Virus record (IMG/VR): IMGVR_UViG_3300007960_000019
Length of the DNA: 20,000 bases
Direction: 5' to 3' (one strand)
Origin: an uncultured virus (IMG/VR IMGVR_UViG_3300007960_000019)
Lineage: Duplodnaviria > Heunggongvirae > Uroviricota > Caudoviricetes
Part shown: positions 1-8,032 of the stretch, piece after piece
Layout: every line of letters starts with the position of its first letter
How positions within the stretch are numbered: the stretch's first letter is position 1
Notes under the pieces: generated by a model
Databases searched by the model: none
What the model was told of the DNA's origin: nothing
Seen by the model: only the letters and a program-made list of their open reading frames with translations
Translations under genes and position numbers: made by a program

Positions 1-1
1 T

Positions 2-880
2 ATCTTAACTAAGGATCAACTCTGGTCTCAACTAGAAAAGTATAATGAGATTGAGTCGGTGCCTTATCCACCCTTTATGACAGGCCTAAATGAAAAGCTA
101 AAGGGGATGCGCTTCGGCGAGATTACTCTCTGGACTAGTGGTACAGGTAGTGGTAAGTCGACGCTCCTTCGGGAGATCGCTGTACATCTACTTCAAACGA
201 CTGAGGACAAGGTAGGTATCGTATCTCTAGAAGAAAGCCCCGCCGAGACAGCCCGTAAGATGGCTGGTATGGCTATTAATCGAAACCCTGCAAAAGAGGA
301 AATTTCGCTAGATGAACTTAAAGTTGGTTATGACAAACTTTTTGGTAGTGATCGCGTACTTGTCTTGGACCATCAAGGTAGTATCAGTGACGGTTCTATT
401 ATGGACTTTTTGGAGTATATGTGCCTTTCTGGAGCTAAGTACATCTTTGTTGACCACATTACAATCTTGGCTTCGGAAGGAGCAGAAGGTCTTACTGGAA
501 ACGAAGCCGTGGACCTGATTATGAACCAACTACTACGTTTGGTCAAGAAATACAATGTATGGATTGGCTTGATCAGTCACCTTCGAAAGACTGATAATAA
601 GGGTAAATCCTTTGAAGAAGGGAAGCTCCCCTCTCTAGATGACATCCGTGGTTCAGGTTCTATTAAGCAGATTTCGATGGATGTAATTGCCTTCGCCCGT
701 GACGTAGGTTCAGATAGCCACGAAGAGCGTAACACTATCGTGACAAAGGTCCTGAAGTGCCGTTATACAGGTCTTACAGGGCCTAGCGGTAGCCTTAAAT
801 ACGATTTCGATACAGGACGCCTCTCGGCGGGTCCTGATTACACCGGAGAAAACTATGATCAAGGGTTCCAGCGAGTATGA
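2..880 (+). CDS. T7 gp4-like primase-helicase, SF4 helicase domain (5'-truncated by the window edge)
   Basis: Frame is open from position 2. SF4 motifs: Walker A TSGTGSGKST, SLEE, Walker B IFVDHI, LISHLRK, DIRGSGSIKQ, arginine-finger region KCRYTGLTG. Confidence 0.95.
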   Translation: MLTKDQLWSQLEKYNEIESVPYPPFMTGLNEKLKGMRFGEITLWTSGTGSGKSTLLREIAVHLLQTTEDKVGIVSLEESPAETARKMAGMAINRNPAKEEISLDELKVGYDKLFGSDRVLVLDHQGSISDGSIMDFLEYMCLSGAKYIFVDHITILASEGAEGLTGNEAVDLIMNQLLRLVKKYNVWIGLISHLRKTDNKGKSFEEGKLPSLDDIRGSGSIKQISMDVIAFARDVGSDSHEERNTIVTKVLKCRYTGLTGPSGSLKYDFDTGRLSAGPDYTGENYDQGFQRV

Positions 881-1101
881 AGACTAATTATATGACAGAA
901 AATGAACTTGTCTATATTAGCCTCATTATGCAACTACTAATAGATGGCAAGGCTAATCTGAACAACCTTAGCCCCGGTGTAAAAGGATTCTTAGAAGGAG
1001 TCATTAAGGAACACAACAGGGATCCCGAAGAAGAACTAAACTTTAACCTATACCATTATGCAACAGTAGCTTTTAACCAAGATAAAGAAGGAATGAACTA
1101 G
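877..1101 (+). CDS. hypothetical protein (74 aa)
   Basis: ATGA overlap with the helicase stop; co-directional packing; no recognisable motif. Confidence 0.7.
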   Translation: MKTNYMTENELVYISLIMQLLIDGKANLNNLSPGVKGFLEGVIKEHNRDPEEELNFNLYHYATVAFNQDKEGMN

Positions 1102-1409
1102 TGAAAAAACTAAACGTTGAGCTAGACCCTAAGTTCGAGAAGGCTTGGGAGTATGTAAATAATAAGATGTACAATATCAAAAGTGTCGAGGACGTTAAGT
1201 TCTTTCTCTTTGAAAAACCAAGCATGGCCGTCCGATGGACAGCTGAAGAGCGTGAGTTCATGCTAGATGCTTGGTATGTAATTAAAACAGGTACTTGTTC
1301 ACCAGAGAATAAGATGGTGCATGAGTCAGAAGAAGAAGTCGAAGAAGTTGTCAAAGATAGCCCCGAGTATACATCAAAGACAAAAAAGAAACGCAAAACT
1401 AAAAAATAA
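1101..1409 (+). CDS. hypothetical protein (102 aa) with acidic then basic C-terminal tail
   Basis: GTG start overlaps the upstream TAG, AAGGA lies upstream, ends TAA TAA. Confidence 0.75.
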   Translation: MKKLNVELDPKFEKAWEYVNNKMYNIKSVEDVKFFLFEKPSMAVRWTAEEREFMLDAWYVIKTGTCSPENKMVHESEEEVEEVVKDSPEYTSKTKKKRKTKK

Positions 1410-1421
1410 TAAGAGGTTACT

Positions 1422-3167
1422 ATGACTGTAGAGAACGGAAATAAAATGGCTAACACATACTACGAAGGGCCTAAGCTGCCTATTTCCATCGAAATTGATG
1501 AAATAAAATACCGAGATGGGGATGAAACCTTTGACGGTAAGATTCGACGACTAGCTCGTTCGATGTCTGATAATGCTGAACACGAAATGGAGTTGCAAGA
1601 GATTTTCGGTAATCTTCGTTTCCTGCCTGCAGGTCGTGTTCAGAATGCTATGGGTTCGCGTAAAATCACTAGTGCATATAATTGCTTTGTATCAGGTGAA
1701 ATCGAAGACTCAATGGATGCGATTATGACCCGTGCTGCGGAAGCTGCCGAGACAATGCGTCGTGGAGGTGGTATTGGCTATGACTTCTCTAAGCTACGAC
1801 CAAAAGGGGCTTTGATTAAATCTCTACAGTCCAAAGCCTCTGGTCCCGTTAGCTTTATGGGTATCTATGATGCTGTATGTCAAACTATTGCATCATCAGG
1901 TCATCGCCGTGGTGCTCAAATGGGGGTTCTCCGTGTAGACCACCCAGATATCTTTGAGTTCCTACGAGCAAAACGAAATTCAGACAAGCTTACAGGATTT
2001 AACGTGTCTGTCGGTGTTACTGACCTCTTTATGGAGACACTTAAGAAAGACGACGACAGCTTCGACTTAGTATTCGACGGTGTTGTCTATCGTACAGTAT
2101 CTGCTCGTGAGCTATGGGACGAGATTATGCTGTCTACTTGGGATTGGGCTGAACCCGGTGTCTTATTCATTGACTGTATTAACTCTCAAAACAACCTATG
2201 GTATATCGAAACTATCGGTACAACAAATCCGTGCGGCGAACAACCACTTCCGCCAAATGGTGCTTGTCTTCTAGGCTCATTCAATGTTGTTTCTTACCTA
2301 GAAAAGAAGGGTGATGCATGGGTATTTGATTATACTAAGTTCAAAGCAGATATCCCTCATATTGTCCGTGCTATGGATAATGTTATTGACCGTACCATTT
2401 ATCCACTTAAGGCTCAAGAAGATGAAGCTAAATCAAAGCGGCGTATGGGGCTTGGTCTAACAGGTGCTGCAAACGCAGGTGAGATGCTCGGCTTCAAGTA
2501 TGGCTCCGAGGAATTCCTTGAGTGGCTGGAAGGTATTCTTAAACTACTTCGTAACGGCACTTACCGTGCTTCTTCCGACTTGGCTGCTGAAAAAGGAGCT
2601 TTCCCTCTTTGGGACGCTAAATGGCTAGACTCTGGTTTTGCTAAGACACTACCATACCGTCTCCGTAAGCGAATCAAAGAGCAGGGTATGCGTAACTCTC
2701 ACCTAACATCTATTGCGCCTACTGGTACTATTAGCTTGGTAGCTGAGAATGTGTCTAGTGGTATTGAGCCTGTGTTCTCTCACTACTACGACCGCACTAT
2801 CCAAACCTTCGAAGGTCCAAAAGTAGAACGAGTATCTGATTTTGCTTATCGTAATGGCGTGAAAGGTGTTACTGCGAATGAGCTATCTGTCAAAGACCAT
2901 GTTGCGGTATTGGCTCTATGCCAACACTATGTTGATAGTGCTGTAAGTAAAACCTGTAACGTCGGTGATGATGTCACCTTTGAAGAGTTCAAGGATGTTT
3001 ACTACAATGCTTGGGAACTAGGCTGCAAAGGTATTACAACATTCCGAGCAGCAGGTAAGCGTTATGGTATCCTCAATGAAGTGAAGGAAGAAGCAACCGA
3101 AGAAGAAGAAGGTGCGGAAGCTTGCTTTATTGACCCAGTAACAGGTCAAAAGGGGTGTAGTCTGTAA
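1422..3167 (+). CDS. nrdJ: class II (adenosylcobalamin-dependent) ribonucleotide reductase
   Basis: Motifs FLPAGR, NCFV, GGGIGYDFSKLRP, catalytic TNPCGEQPL, ACLLGS, IAPTGTIS, SSGIEP, KGITTFR and a C-terminal Cys pair (CFIDPVTGQKGC). No ATP-cone-sized N-terminus and no adjacent beta subunit. SD GAGGT upstream. Confidence 0.9.
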   Translation: MTVENGNKMANTYYEGPKLPISIEIDEIKYRDGDETFDGKIRRLARSMSDNAEHEMELQEIFGNLRFLPAGRVQNAMGSRKITSAYNCFVSGEIEDSMDAIMTRAAEAAETMRRGGGIGYDFSKLRPKGALIKSLQSKASGPVSFMGIYDAVCQTIASSGHRRGAQMGVLRVDHPDIFEFLRAKRNSDKLTGFNVSVGVTDLFMETLKKDDDSFDLVFDGVVYRTVSARELWDEIMLSTWDWAEPGVLFIDCINSQNNLWYIETIGTTNPCGEQPLPPNGACLLGSFNVVSYLEKKGDAWVFDYTKFKADIPHIVRAMDNVIDRTIYPLKAQEDEAKSKRRMGLGLTGAANAGEMLGFKYGSEEFLEWLEGILKLLRNGTYRASSDLAAEKGAFPLWDAKWLDSGFAKTLPYRLRKRIKEQGMRNSHLTSIAPTGTISLVAENVSSGIEPVFSHYYDRTIQTFEGPKVERVSDFAYRNGVKGVTANELSVKDHVAVLALCQHYVDSAVSKTCNVGDDVTFEEFKDVYYNAWELGCKGITTFRAAGKRYGILNEVKEEATEEEEGAEACFIDPVTGQKGCSL

Positions 3168-3193
3168 ATATTATCAAATGGAGACATGTATTA

Positions 3194-3334
3194 ATGAAAT
3201 CACATCGTTATAAGACAAAGTACGGTATTCACCCAACCCTAGAAATCACTGCAAAGCTCCTAGGAATTAGTATTGAACGAGCAGAGGATTCTATTATCCG
3301 AAACACTGGTGAAATTAAGGTAGTATCTCTATAA
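3194..3334 (+). CDS. small hypothetical protein (46 aa, MKSHRYKTKYGIHPTLEITAKLLGISIERAEDSIIRNTGEIKVVSL); not in ORF track
   Basis: Translated by hand; GGAG SD at 3180-3183; fills the intergenic gap in the operon direction. Confidence 0.65.
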   Translation: MKSHRYKTKYGIHPTLEITAKLLGISIERAEDSIIRNTGEIKVVSL

Positions 3335-3370
3335 CTATAGCCTGAATAAGATTCCAAACAACCAGAGGAA

Positions 3371-4078
3371 ATGGAAATGTTTAAGAACATTATTACAACT
3401 GTCGCCATCTTTACTGGCTCCACTATTGGGGCTTTTAGTGAGGTAATTGACTATATGGAACACTCAATGTACGGTGAGGTGGTTCTATTCGCGGGTAAGA
3501 TTGAAGAAGGATCTTCTGATCGCCTAGAGGTGTTCCTCACTACTCATCCTACTGCAAAATCAATCATTCTTGTGTCACCGGGCGGTTCTAGCGAAGAGGG
3601 ATATAAAATCGCTGAAGTCCTATCAGATCATAGTATGACTGCTATTGTACCTGACGGTTACACCTGTCTGAGTGCCTGTGCAGTCGGGTTTATTGGGGCA
3701 AATAACCATGTTGTAGATGGTATCCTTGGTTTCCATAATGCGTTTCTATCTGATTCTGGCCTCTTTTTGGCTGACCTCCATGAAGCTCTGGGGGGTTCCT
3801 CTAAAACAGCTCTAATCCTATTTGGTCAGTACCTTGGTGCAAAGTCAACGGTATTCTTTATTAAGAGTGGCTTTGAGCTGGAGCTTCCGATCATTATCGC
3901 CGGGTTCACTAACCCTAGTACTTTCCTCGTATTCACGTCTACCGAGGAGCTATACCAGTTTAAAGCAGCTACTAGTAATATTGGCAGCTACACTGTTAGT
4001 AATGATTTCATTGATTTTATCTGGATTCAGGATCACCTGTGGGGATCTGAGAAACTTTCAGAGTATGAAAAGGATTAA
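3371..4078 (+). CDS. exported ClpP/crotonase-fold protein (COG3904-like predicted periplasmic protein/peptidase)
   Basis: Signal-peptide-like N-terminus, then LVSPGG, CLSACAVGFIGA and ILGFH, the S-P-G-G / C-x-S-A-C / G-F-H pattern of this ClpP-fold group. SD GAGG upstream. Confidence 0.7.
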   Translation: MEMFKNIITTVAIFTGSTIGAFSEVIDYMEHSMYGEVVLFAGKIEEGSSDRLEVFLTTHPTAKSIILVSPGGSSEEGYKIAEVLSDHSMTAIVPDGYTCLSACAVGFIGANNHVVDGILGFHNAFLSDSGLFLADLHEALGGSSKTALILFGQYLGAKSTVFFIKSGFELELPIIIAGFTNPSTFLVFTSTEELYQFKAATSNIGSYTVSNDFIDFIWIQDHLWGSEKLSEYEKD

Positions 4079-4082
4079 ACCC

Positions 4083-4526
4083 ATGAACACTGCCCGCTTT
4101 TGGAAGTTTTGGACAGTAGAAGTACTTTTACTAGCAGCCCTAGCGATTGCTCTTGTATACTATGACGTATACACATTCCTGCTTGACAACGATTTCACTT
4201 ATATTTCGATTGTCAACCTAACTATCCTAACCCTTAGCTCTTTTTGGGTTGGATTCGATATCGCCAACGGAAGGACCAAGGGTCGTGATACTCAGTGGTT
4301 CCTAGCAGATTCTGTCCTATCTTTAGGAATGGTAGGGACCCTTTTTGGGTTCCTTATCGTCCTGTACTCAACCTTTCATGGGATTGATGTTGGAGATACT
4401 GAATCTATGAAAAAGGCAATTGAGACTCTAGCTAGCGGAATGGGTACCGCATTGATTACCTCTCTTGTTGGCCTGATCGCTTCTATCGTGATGAAGCTCC
4501 AACTTGTAATTCTTGAGGAACACTAA
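4083..4526 (+). CDS. MotA/TolQ/ExbB-family proton-channel subunit (compact, 147 aa, 4 TM)
   Basis: SLGMVGTLFGF and SGMGTALITSLVGL match the two conserved channel helices. Start moved from the track's 3822 to ATG 4083 (AGGA SD at 4071-4074); 4065 is an alternative. Confidence 0.8.
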   Translation: MNTARFWKFWTVEVLLLAALAIALVYYDVYTFLLDNDFTYISIVNLTILTLSSFWVGFDIANGRTKGRDTQWFLADSVLSLGMVGTLFGFLIVLYSTFHGIDVGDTESMKKAIETLASGMGTALITSLVGLIASIVMKLQLVILEEH

Positions 4527-4528
4527 CC

Positions 4529-5116
4529 ATGAGGAAGTACTCAAGCAATCTTGCATTTGTGGATCTACTTTTCAATCTTCTGGTAGGTTTTACATCTCTG
4601 TTAATTCTTGCTTTCCTCATGATCAACCCTATCTCGAAGACAGGTGAGGTGACACCCCCTGTTAAAGCCTTTGTGGAAATTAAATGGGACTCGGAGAGTA
4701 TCAGGGATATTGATCTTTTTGTAAGGGGTCCTGACGGTAATGTAGTATTTTATGGTAATAAGGACGGGGCTTTCATGATCCTAGATCGTGATGACTTGGG
4801 CCTTTCTAATGACTCGTATCAGGTAAATGGTAAGAAAGTAATCATCAAGCGTAACTACGAGATTACTAACTTTACAGATCTACCTCCCGGAGAGTACGTA
4901 ATCGCTGTATTCTACTTCTCTGCTATCGGTGAACCACTAGATGTAGATTTCAGTATTCGGACAGTTTCTCCTCACCATGTGGTTTACGAGGGTACTGTTG
5001 AGGGGTTGACCCCGAGGAAAGAGGTTACTGTCGTATCCTTTGTGGTAGATGAAATGGGAAACATCTCTGACCTAAATACAGAGTTGCAAATCCCAATTAC
5101 AGGGAGAAAAAGGTAA
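4529..5116 (+). CDS. ExbD/TolR/MotB-like single-TM subunit with YfaP/DUF2135-like extracytoplasmic domain
   Basis: N-terminal TM AFVDLLFNLLVGF carries an Asp where this family has its essential Asp. W-x5-DIDLFVRGPDG...LDRDD...YEI...PGEYVIAVFYF resembles DUF2135/YfaP. Directly follows the MotA-like gene. Confidence 0.7.
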   Translation: MRKYSSNLAFVDLLFNLLVGFTSLLILAFLMINPISKTGEVTPPVKAFVEIKWDSESIRDIDLFVRGPDGNVVFYGNKDGAFMILDRDDLGLSNDSYQVNGKKVIIKRNYEITNFTDLPPGEYVIAVFYFSAIGEPLDVDFSIRTVSPHHVVYEGTVEGLTPRKEVTVVSFVVDEMGNISDLNTELQIPITGRKR

Positions 5117-5545
5117 ATGGCTATCGTAACAGTACTTTGGTGCTTTGTTGCGCTATCGATGATCACTCTCACATACACTTCTGAAACCTACAGGATCATC
5201 AAACTCATTGCACTTCCAGTTTTTCTAATTGCTTCTTTAGTGTCTTACATCTTTTATCTAGAAGACCGAGGAAATCCTTCTGTAGGATACATCCCGGAAA
5301 ACTCACAGTATGTTTTCCACCGGGTTACTAACGAGGAGACTATTGTGATCTGGATTACAACAGAAAAAGGAGACAGGCTCTATGTCATTCCCTACTCACG
5401 GGAGTCCGCGAAAGAACTAGAGGGGGCAAGGGAGAAGTCCGAGGAAGGGGAACTTCAACGGGTAGAAAACAAAGGAGATAACTCTCAAGTGAAAACTGAT
5501 GATTGGGAACCTCCTGATCAAAGTGGTCCGCCAAACAAGGGATGA
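5117..5545 (+). CDS. membrane protein (2 N-terminal TM, soluble domain, charged/Pro-rich tail)
   Basis: Two hydrophobic segments in the first 45 aa; abuts the upstream gene (TAA ATG) and overlaps the downstream start (ATGA). Confidence 0.8.
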   Translation: MAIVTVLWCFVALSMITLTYTSETYRIIKLIALPVFLIASLVSYIFYLEDRGNPSVGYIPENSQYVFHRVTNEETIVIWITTEKGDRLYVIPYSRESAKELEGAREKSEEGELQRVENKGDNSQVKTDDWEPPDQSGPPNKG

Positions 5546-6528
5546 TCTCTATGTTCAATTTCTTCAAAACTAAAGAATGGTTTATCTGGTCTTGGGGTGG
5601 TGCAGCTGTAATTGTTGCATCACTTTGGTTTCAAGTTCAGCTAGACGTAGCTATTAATGAGTGGTTCGGCGGTTTCTACGATCTCATACAAACTGCGCTC
5701 AGCGGTGAAAGCTCCGTGACTATGGGAGAGTATATCACAGGTTTACTTAGCTTTGGTAAACTCGCAGGGGTTTATATCGCTGTAGCCTTATCCATTTCTT
5801 TCTTTACATCGCATTGGCTATTCCGGTGGCGTACTTCTATGGTTCAGAGGTACCATGAACTGTTCGATAAAGCTCGTCATATCGAGAATGCTAGCCAAAG
5901 GGTTCAAGAAGATACTGTTAAGTTCTCTAGGATCATGGAAGGTTTAGGTACCTCCTTCGTAGAAGCTATCATGATTCTTGTCGCCTTCTTCCCTATCCTA
6001 ATGGGGTTGTCCTCTGGTCTTCAAGTTATGTTCTTCGGGGAGTGGGAGTATGGTCTTGTATCTGCTGCCATTTTATGGTCTGTCGGTATTACTATTGTCC
6101 TTCTTGTTGTAGGACAGCTACTACGACTAGTTAGTATCGAGTATGACATTCAGGCTCGTGAAGCTTCTTACCGTAAGCTTCTTGTTATTGCTGAAGACGA
6201 TGTTACTATTCGGCCTAAGCGTCTAAATGAACTCTTCGCGGAGGTCCGCTCTATTCACTTTAAGAACTATGCTAGGTATGCATGGTTTAATGTGGCTCGG
6301 TTATCATGCCTTCAAGCTAACGTTCTAGTTGGTTACGTTGTCCTAGGTCCAGCCATCGTAGCAGGTTCTATCACCTTAGGGGTAATGCAACAAATTCTAA
6401 GGGCTTTCGGTAAAGTTGAAGGTTCGCTAATGTACCTGTTCAAGTCTTGGTCAACTATCATCGAACTAATCTCTGTTTACAAACGTCTCAAGGAGTTTGA
6501 GAATGCAATTTATGAAAAAACTATCTGA
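5542..6528 (+). CDS. sbmA: SbmA/BacA-family peptide transporter (328 aa)
   Basis: Signature segments VAINEWFGGFYDLIQTAL, SHWLFRWRTSM, RHIENASQRVQEDT and SWSTIIELISVYKRLKEFE; multiple TM helices; no ABC ATPase domain. Confidence 0.92.
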   Translation: MISMFNFFKTKEWFIWSWGGAAVIVASLWFQVQLDVAINEWFGGFYDLIQTALSGESSVTMGEYITGLLSFGKLAGVYIAVALSISFFTSHWLFRWRTSMVQRYHELFDKARHIENASQRVQEDTVKFSRIMEGLGTSFVEAIMILVAFFPILMGLSSGLQVMFFGEWEYGLVSAAILWSVGITIVLLVVGQLLRLVSIEYDIQAREASYRKLLVIAEDDVTIRPKRLNELFAEVRSIHFKNYARYAWFNVARLSCLQANVLVGYVVLGPAIVAGSITLGVMQQILRAFGKVEGSLMYLFKSWSTIIELISVYKRLKEFENAIYEKTI

Positions 6529-7132
6529 AACCGAAGAAGAAGAAGAGACCAATACCACCCCTAAACCTGAAGAAGTGAAGATGCCTCCCTTTGGAGAGGT
6601 TATTAGGAATAATGGTTTTCTCCGACTCTCAGGAGAGTTTGATAAAGATAACATCGATCCTATTGTAACGAGTATTTACGACTACAACTTAATGGATGAG
6701 GAGGTTCGTCCAGAACGACTAACACTCATTATTAACAGCCCCGGTGGACGAGTAGACTACTGCAAGATGCTACTGGATGCAATGTGGATGTCTGACATTC
6801 CTGTTGATACTCTGGCCTCTGGTATTGCTATGTCTTGCGGTGTAATTACCCTGATGGCTGGTGCCCACCGTATGGCTACCCAGAACAGTGAGATTATGTC
6901 ACACCAGTACGCAGGAGGTACAAGGGGTAAGGAACATGAGATCTACGGACGTATGCGTTCACATGAGATCATGTCCCGTTGGATTGAGGATCATTACAAA
7001 TCCTGCACAGGACTAAGCCGGAAGAAGATCCGGAAAGAACTTCTATCACCAACAGACTTCTTCATGACAGCAAAGGAAGCGAAGAAGTACAACATCATTG
7101 ATGAAGTTATCAAAACTAAAAGGAACGTATAG
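6503..7132 (+). CDS. clpP: ClpP-like serine protease
   Basis: LIINSPGG; putative Ser in GIAMSCG, His in IMSHQ and Asp in DFFMTAKEAKKYNIID, so the triad looks intact. ATG 6503 chosen for the AAGGAG SD at 6490-6495. Confidence 0.9.
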   Translation: MQFMKKLSETEEEEETNTTPKPEEVKMPPFGEVIRNNGFLRLSGEFDKDNIDPIVTSIYDYNLMDEEVRPERLTLIINSPGGRVDYCKMLLDAMWMSDIPVDTLASGIAMSCGVITLMAGAHRMATQNSEIMSHQYAGGTRGKEHEIYGRMRSHEIMSRWIEDHYKSCTGLSRKKIRKELLSPTDFFMTAKEAKKYNIIDEVIKTKRNV

Positions 7133-7249
7133 ATGGAAAAATTTGTTGGGATGGCTGGGTATGTTATCGGTTATACAGTCGCTATTGCACTCAAGCTAGC
7201 CTACCTATGGGCAGGCATCCAAGTACTTCAGTATTTTAATCTAATCTAA
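7133..7249 (+). CDS. small membrane peptide (38 aa, MEKFVGMAGYVIGYTVAIALKLAYLWAGIQVLQYFNLI); not in ORF track
   Basis: ATG immediately after the clpP TAG, same frame; AAGGA upstream; almost entirely hydrophobic. Confidence 0.65.
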   Translation: MEKFVGMAGYVIGYTVAIALKLAYLWAGIQVLQYFNLI

Positions 7250-7261
7250 GAGGCTATAACA

Positions 7262-7483
7262 ATGTCAGATATCGAACTAGACCTAGAAGATATTACGGAA
7301 AACCTATTCGCAGACTTCGTGAATAACTATGAGTTAGACCCTGAAGGGTCGATTAATGATATGCTCTTTGAGTTCTTCGCAGAAGGATTCATTGCAGCAT
7401 TGAATATGGCTGAAGAATACGGAGAAAACGATGGGTCGGAGGAAGAAGAAGAAGATTCTTCGGGAGATCACGAAGAAACTTGA
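7262..7483 (+). CDS. highly acidic small protein (73 aa)
   Basis: SD GAGG upstream; Asp/Glu-dominated, no Lys or Arg. Confidence 0.75.
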   Translation: MSDIELDLEDITENLFADFVNNYELDPEGSINDMLFEFFAEGFIAALNMAEEYGENDGSEEEEEDSSGDHEET

Positions 7484-7835
7484 AGAACACGAGCCGGTGT
7501 TCCGGGCGAGAATTGTAGCTGCTATCGTTCATAAAGGCAAGATAGTATCTTTTGGTAAAAACCAAAACAAGACTCACCCGGACGCGGCCTTCTATAGTAA
7601 ACATGATGAGGCTATCTACCTTCATGCGGAGGTGGACGCTATCAATAAAGCCAAAAAGAAACTCAGTGCAGAAGAACTATCAAGCTCTAGTACTGAGCTT
7701 TACATAGTTAGGATGAAACAAAATGGAACTCTGGGACTATCTCTTCCTTGTAGCGGTTGTAGCCGTTGCATTAGTGATCACGGTATTGACAGAGTAGTCT
7801 ACTCTAATAGCTACGGAGAAATGGAATGTATTTAA
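7431..7835 (+). CDS. zinc-dependent cytidine/dCMP-deaminase-superfamily protein
   Basis: HAEVDAI and SLPCSGC (HxE...PCxxC); N-terminal VAAIVHKGKIVSFGKN strand; C-terminal GIDRVVYS. Confidence 0.88.
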   Translation: MGRRKKKKILREITKKLEEHEPVFRARIVAAIVHKGKIVSFGKNQNKTHPDAAFYSKHDEAIYLHAEVDAINKAKKKLSAEELSSSSTELYIVRMKQNGTLGLSLPCSGCSRCISDHGIDRVVYSNSYGEMECI

Positions 7836-8032
7836 TTATTGGTAGGGAGAACTGCCCCTACTGTAAACTAGCTCAGAACCACTTAGAGTCAAGGAAGGTC
7901 CCTTATATCTATAAAGATATTACTGATGTAGTGTGGAAAGAACTTCTAGTTAAAGACATAGAGGCTAAAACAGTACCTCAGATCTTCCGGCTAGTCGGTG
8001 GGTATGATGAACTATTAGAGGTAGTATGGTAG
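7826..8032 (+). CDS. glutaredoxin
   Basis: CPYC active site, TVPQIF cis-Pro motif, GGYDEL. Confidence 0.92.
   Translation: MYLIIGRENCPYCKLAQNHLESRKVPYIYKDITDVVWKELLVKDIEAKTVPQIFRLVGGYDELLEVVW

Noticed and set aside
3822..4082. N-terminal extension of the MotA-like ORF in the track
   Set aside because: Overlaps the upstream gene by about 250 nt; ATG 4083 has a proper SD.
4083..5116. Canonical Zorya ZorAB or flagellar MotAB
   Set aside because: No long ZorA tail, no OmpA-like domain, no zorC/D/E, and the A subunit lacks the MotA cytoplasmic domain.
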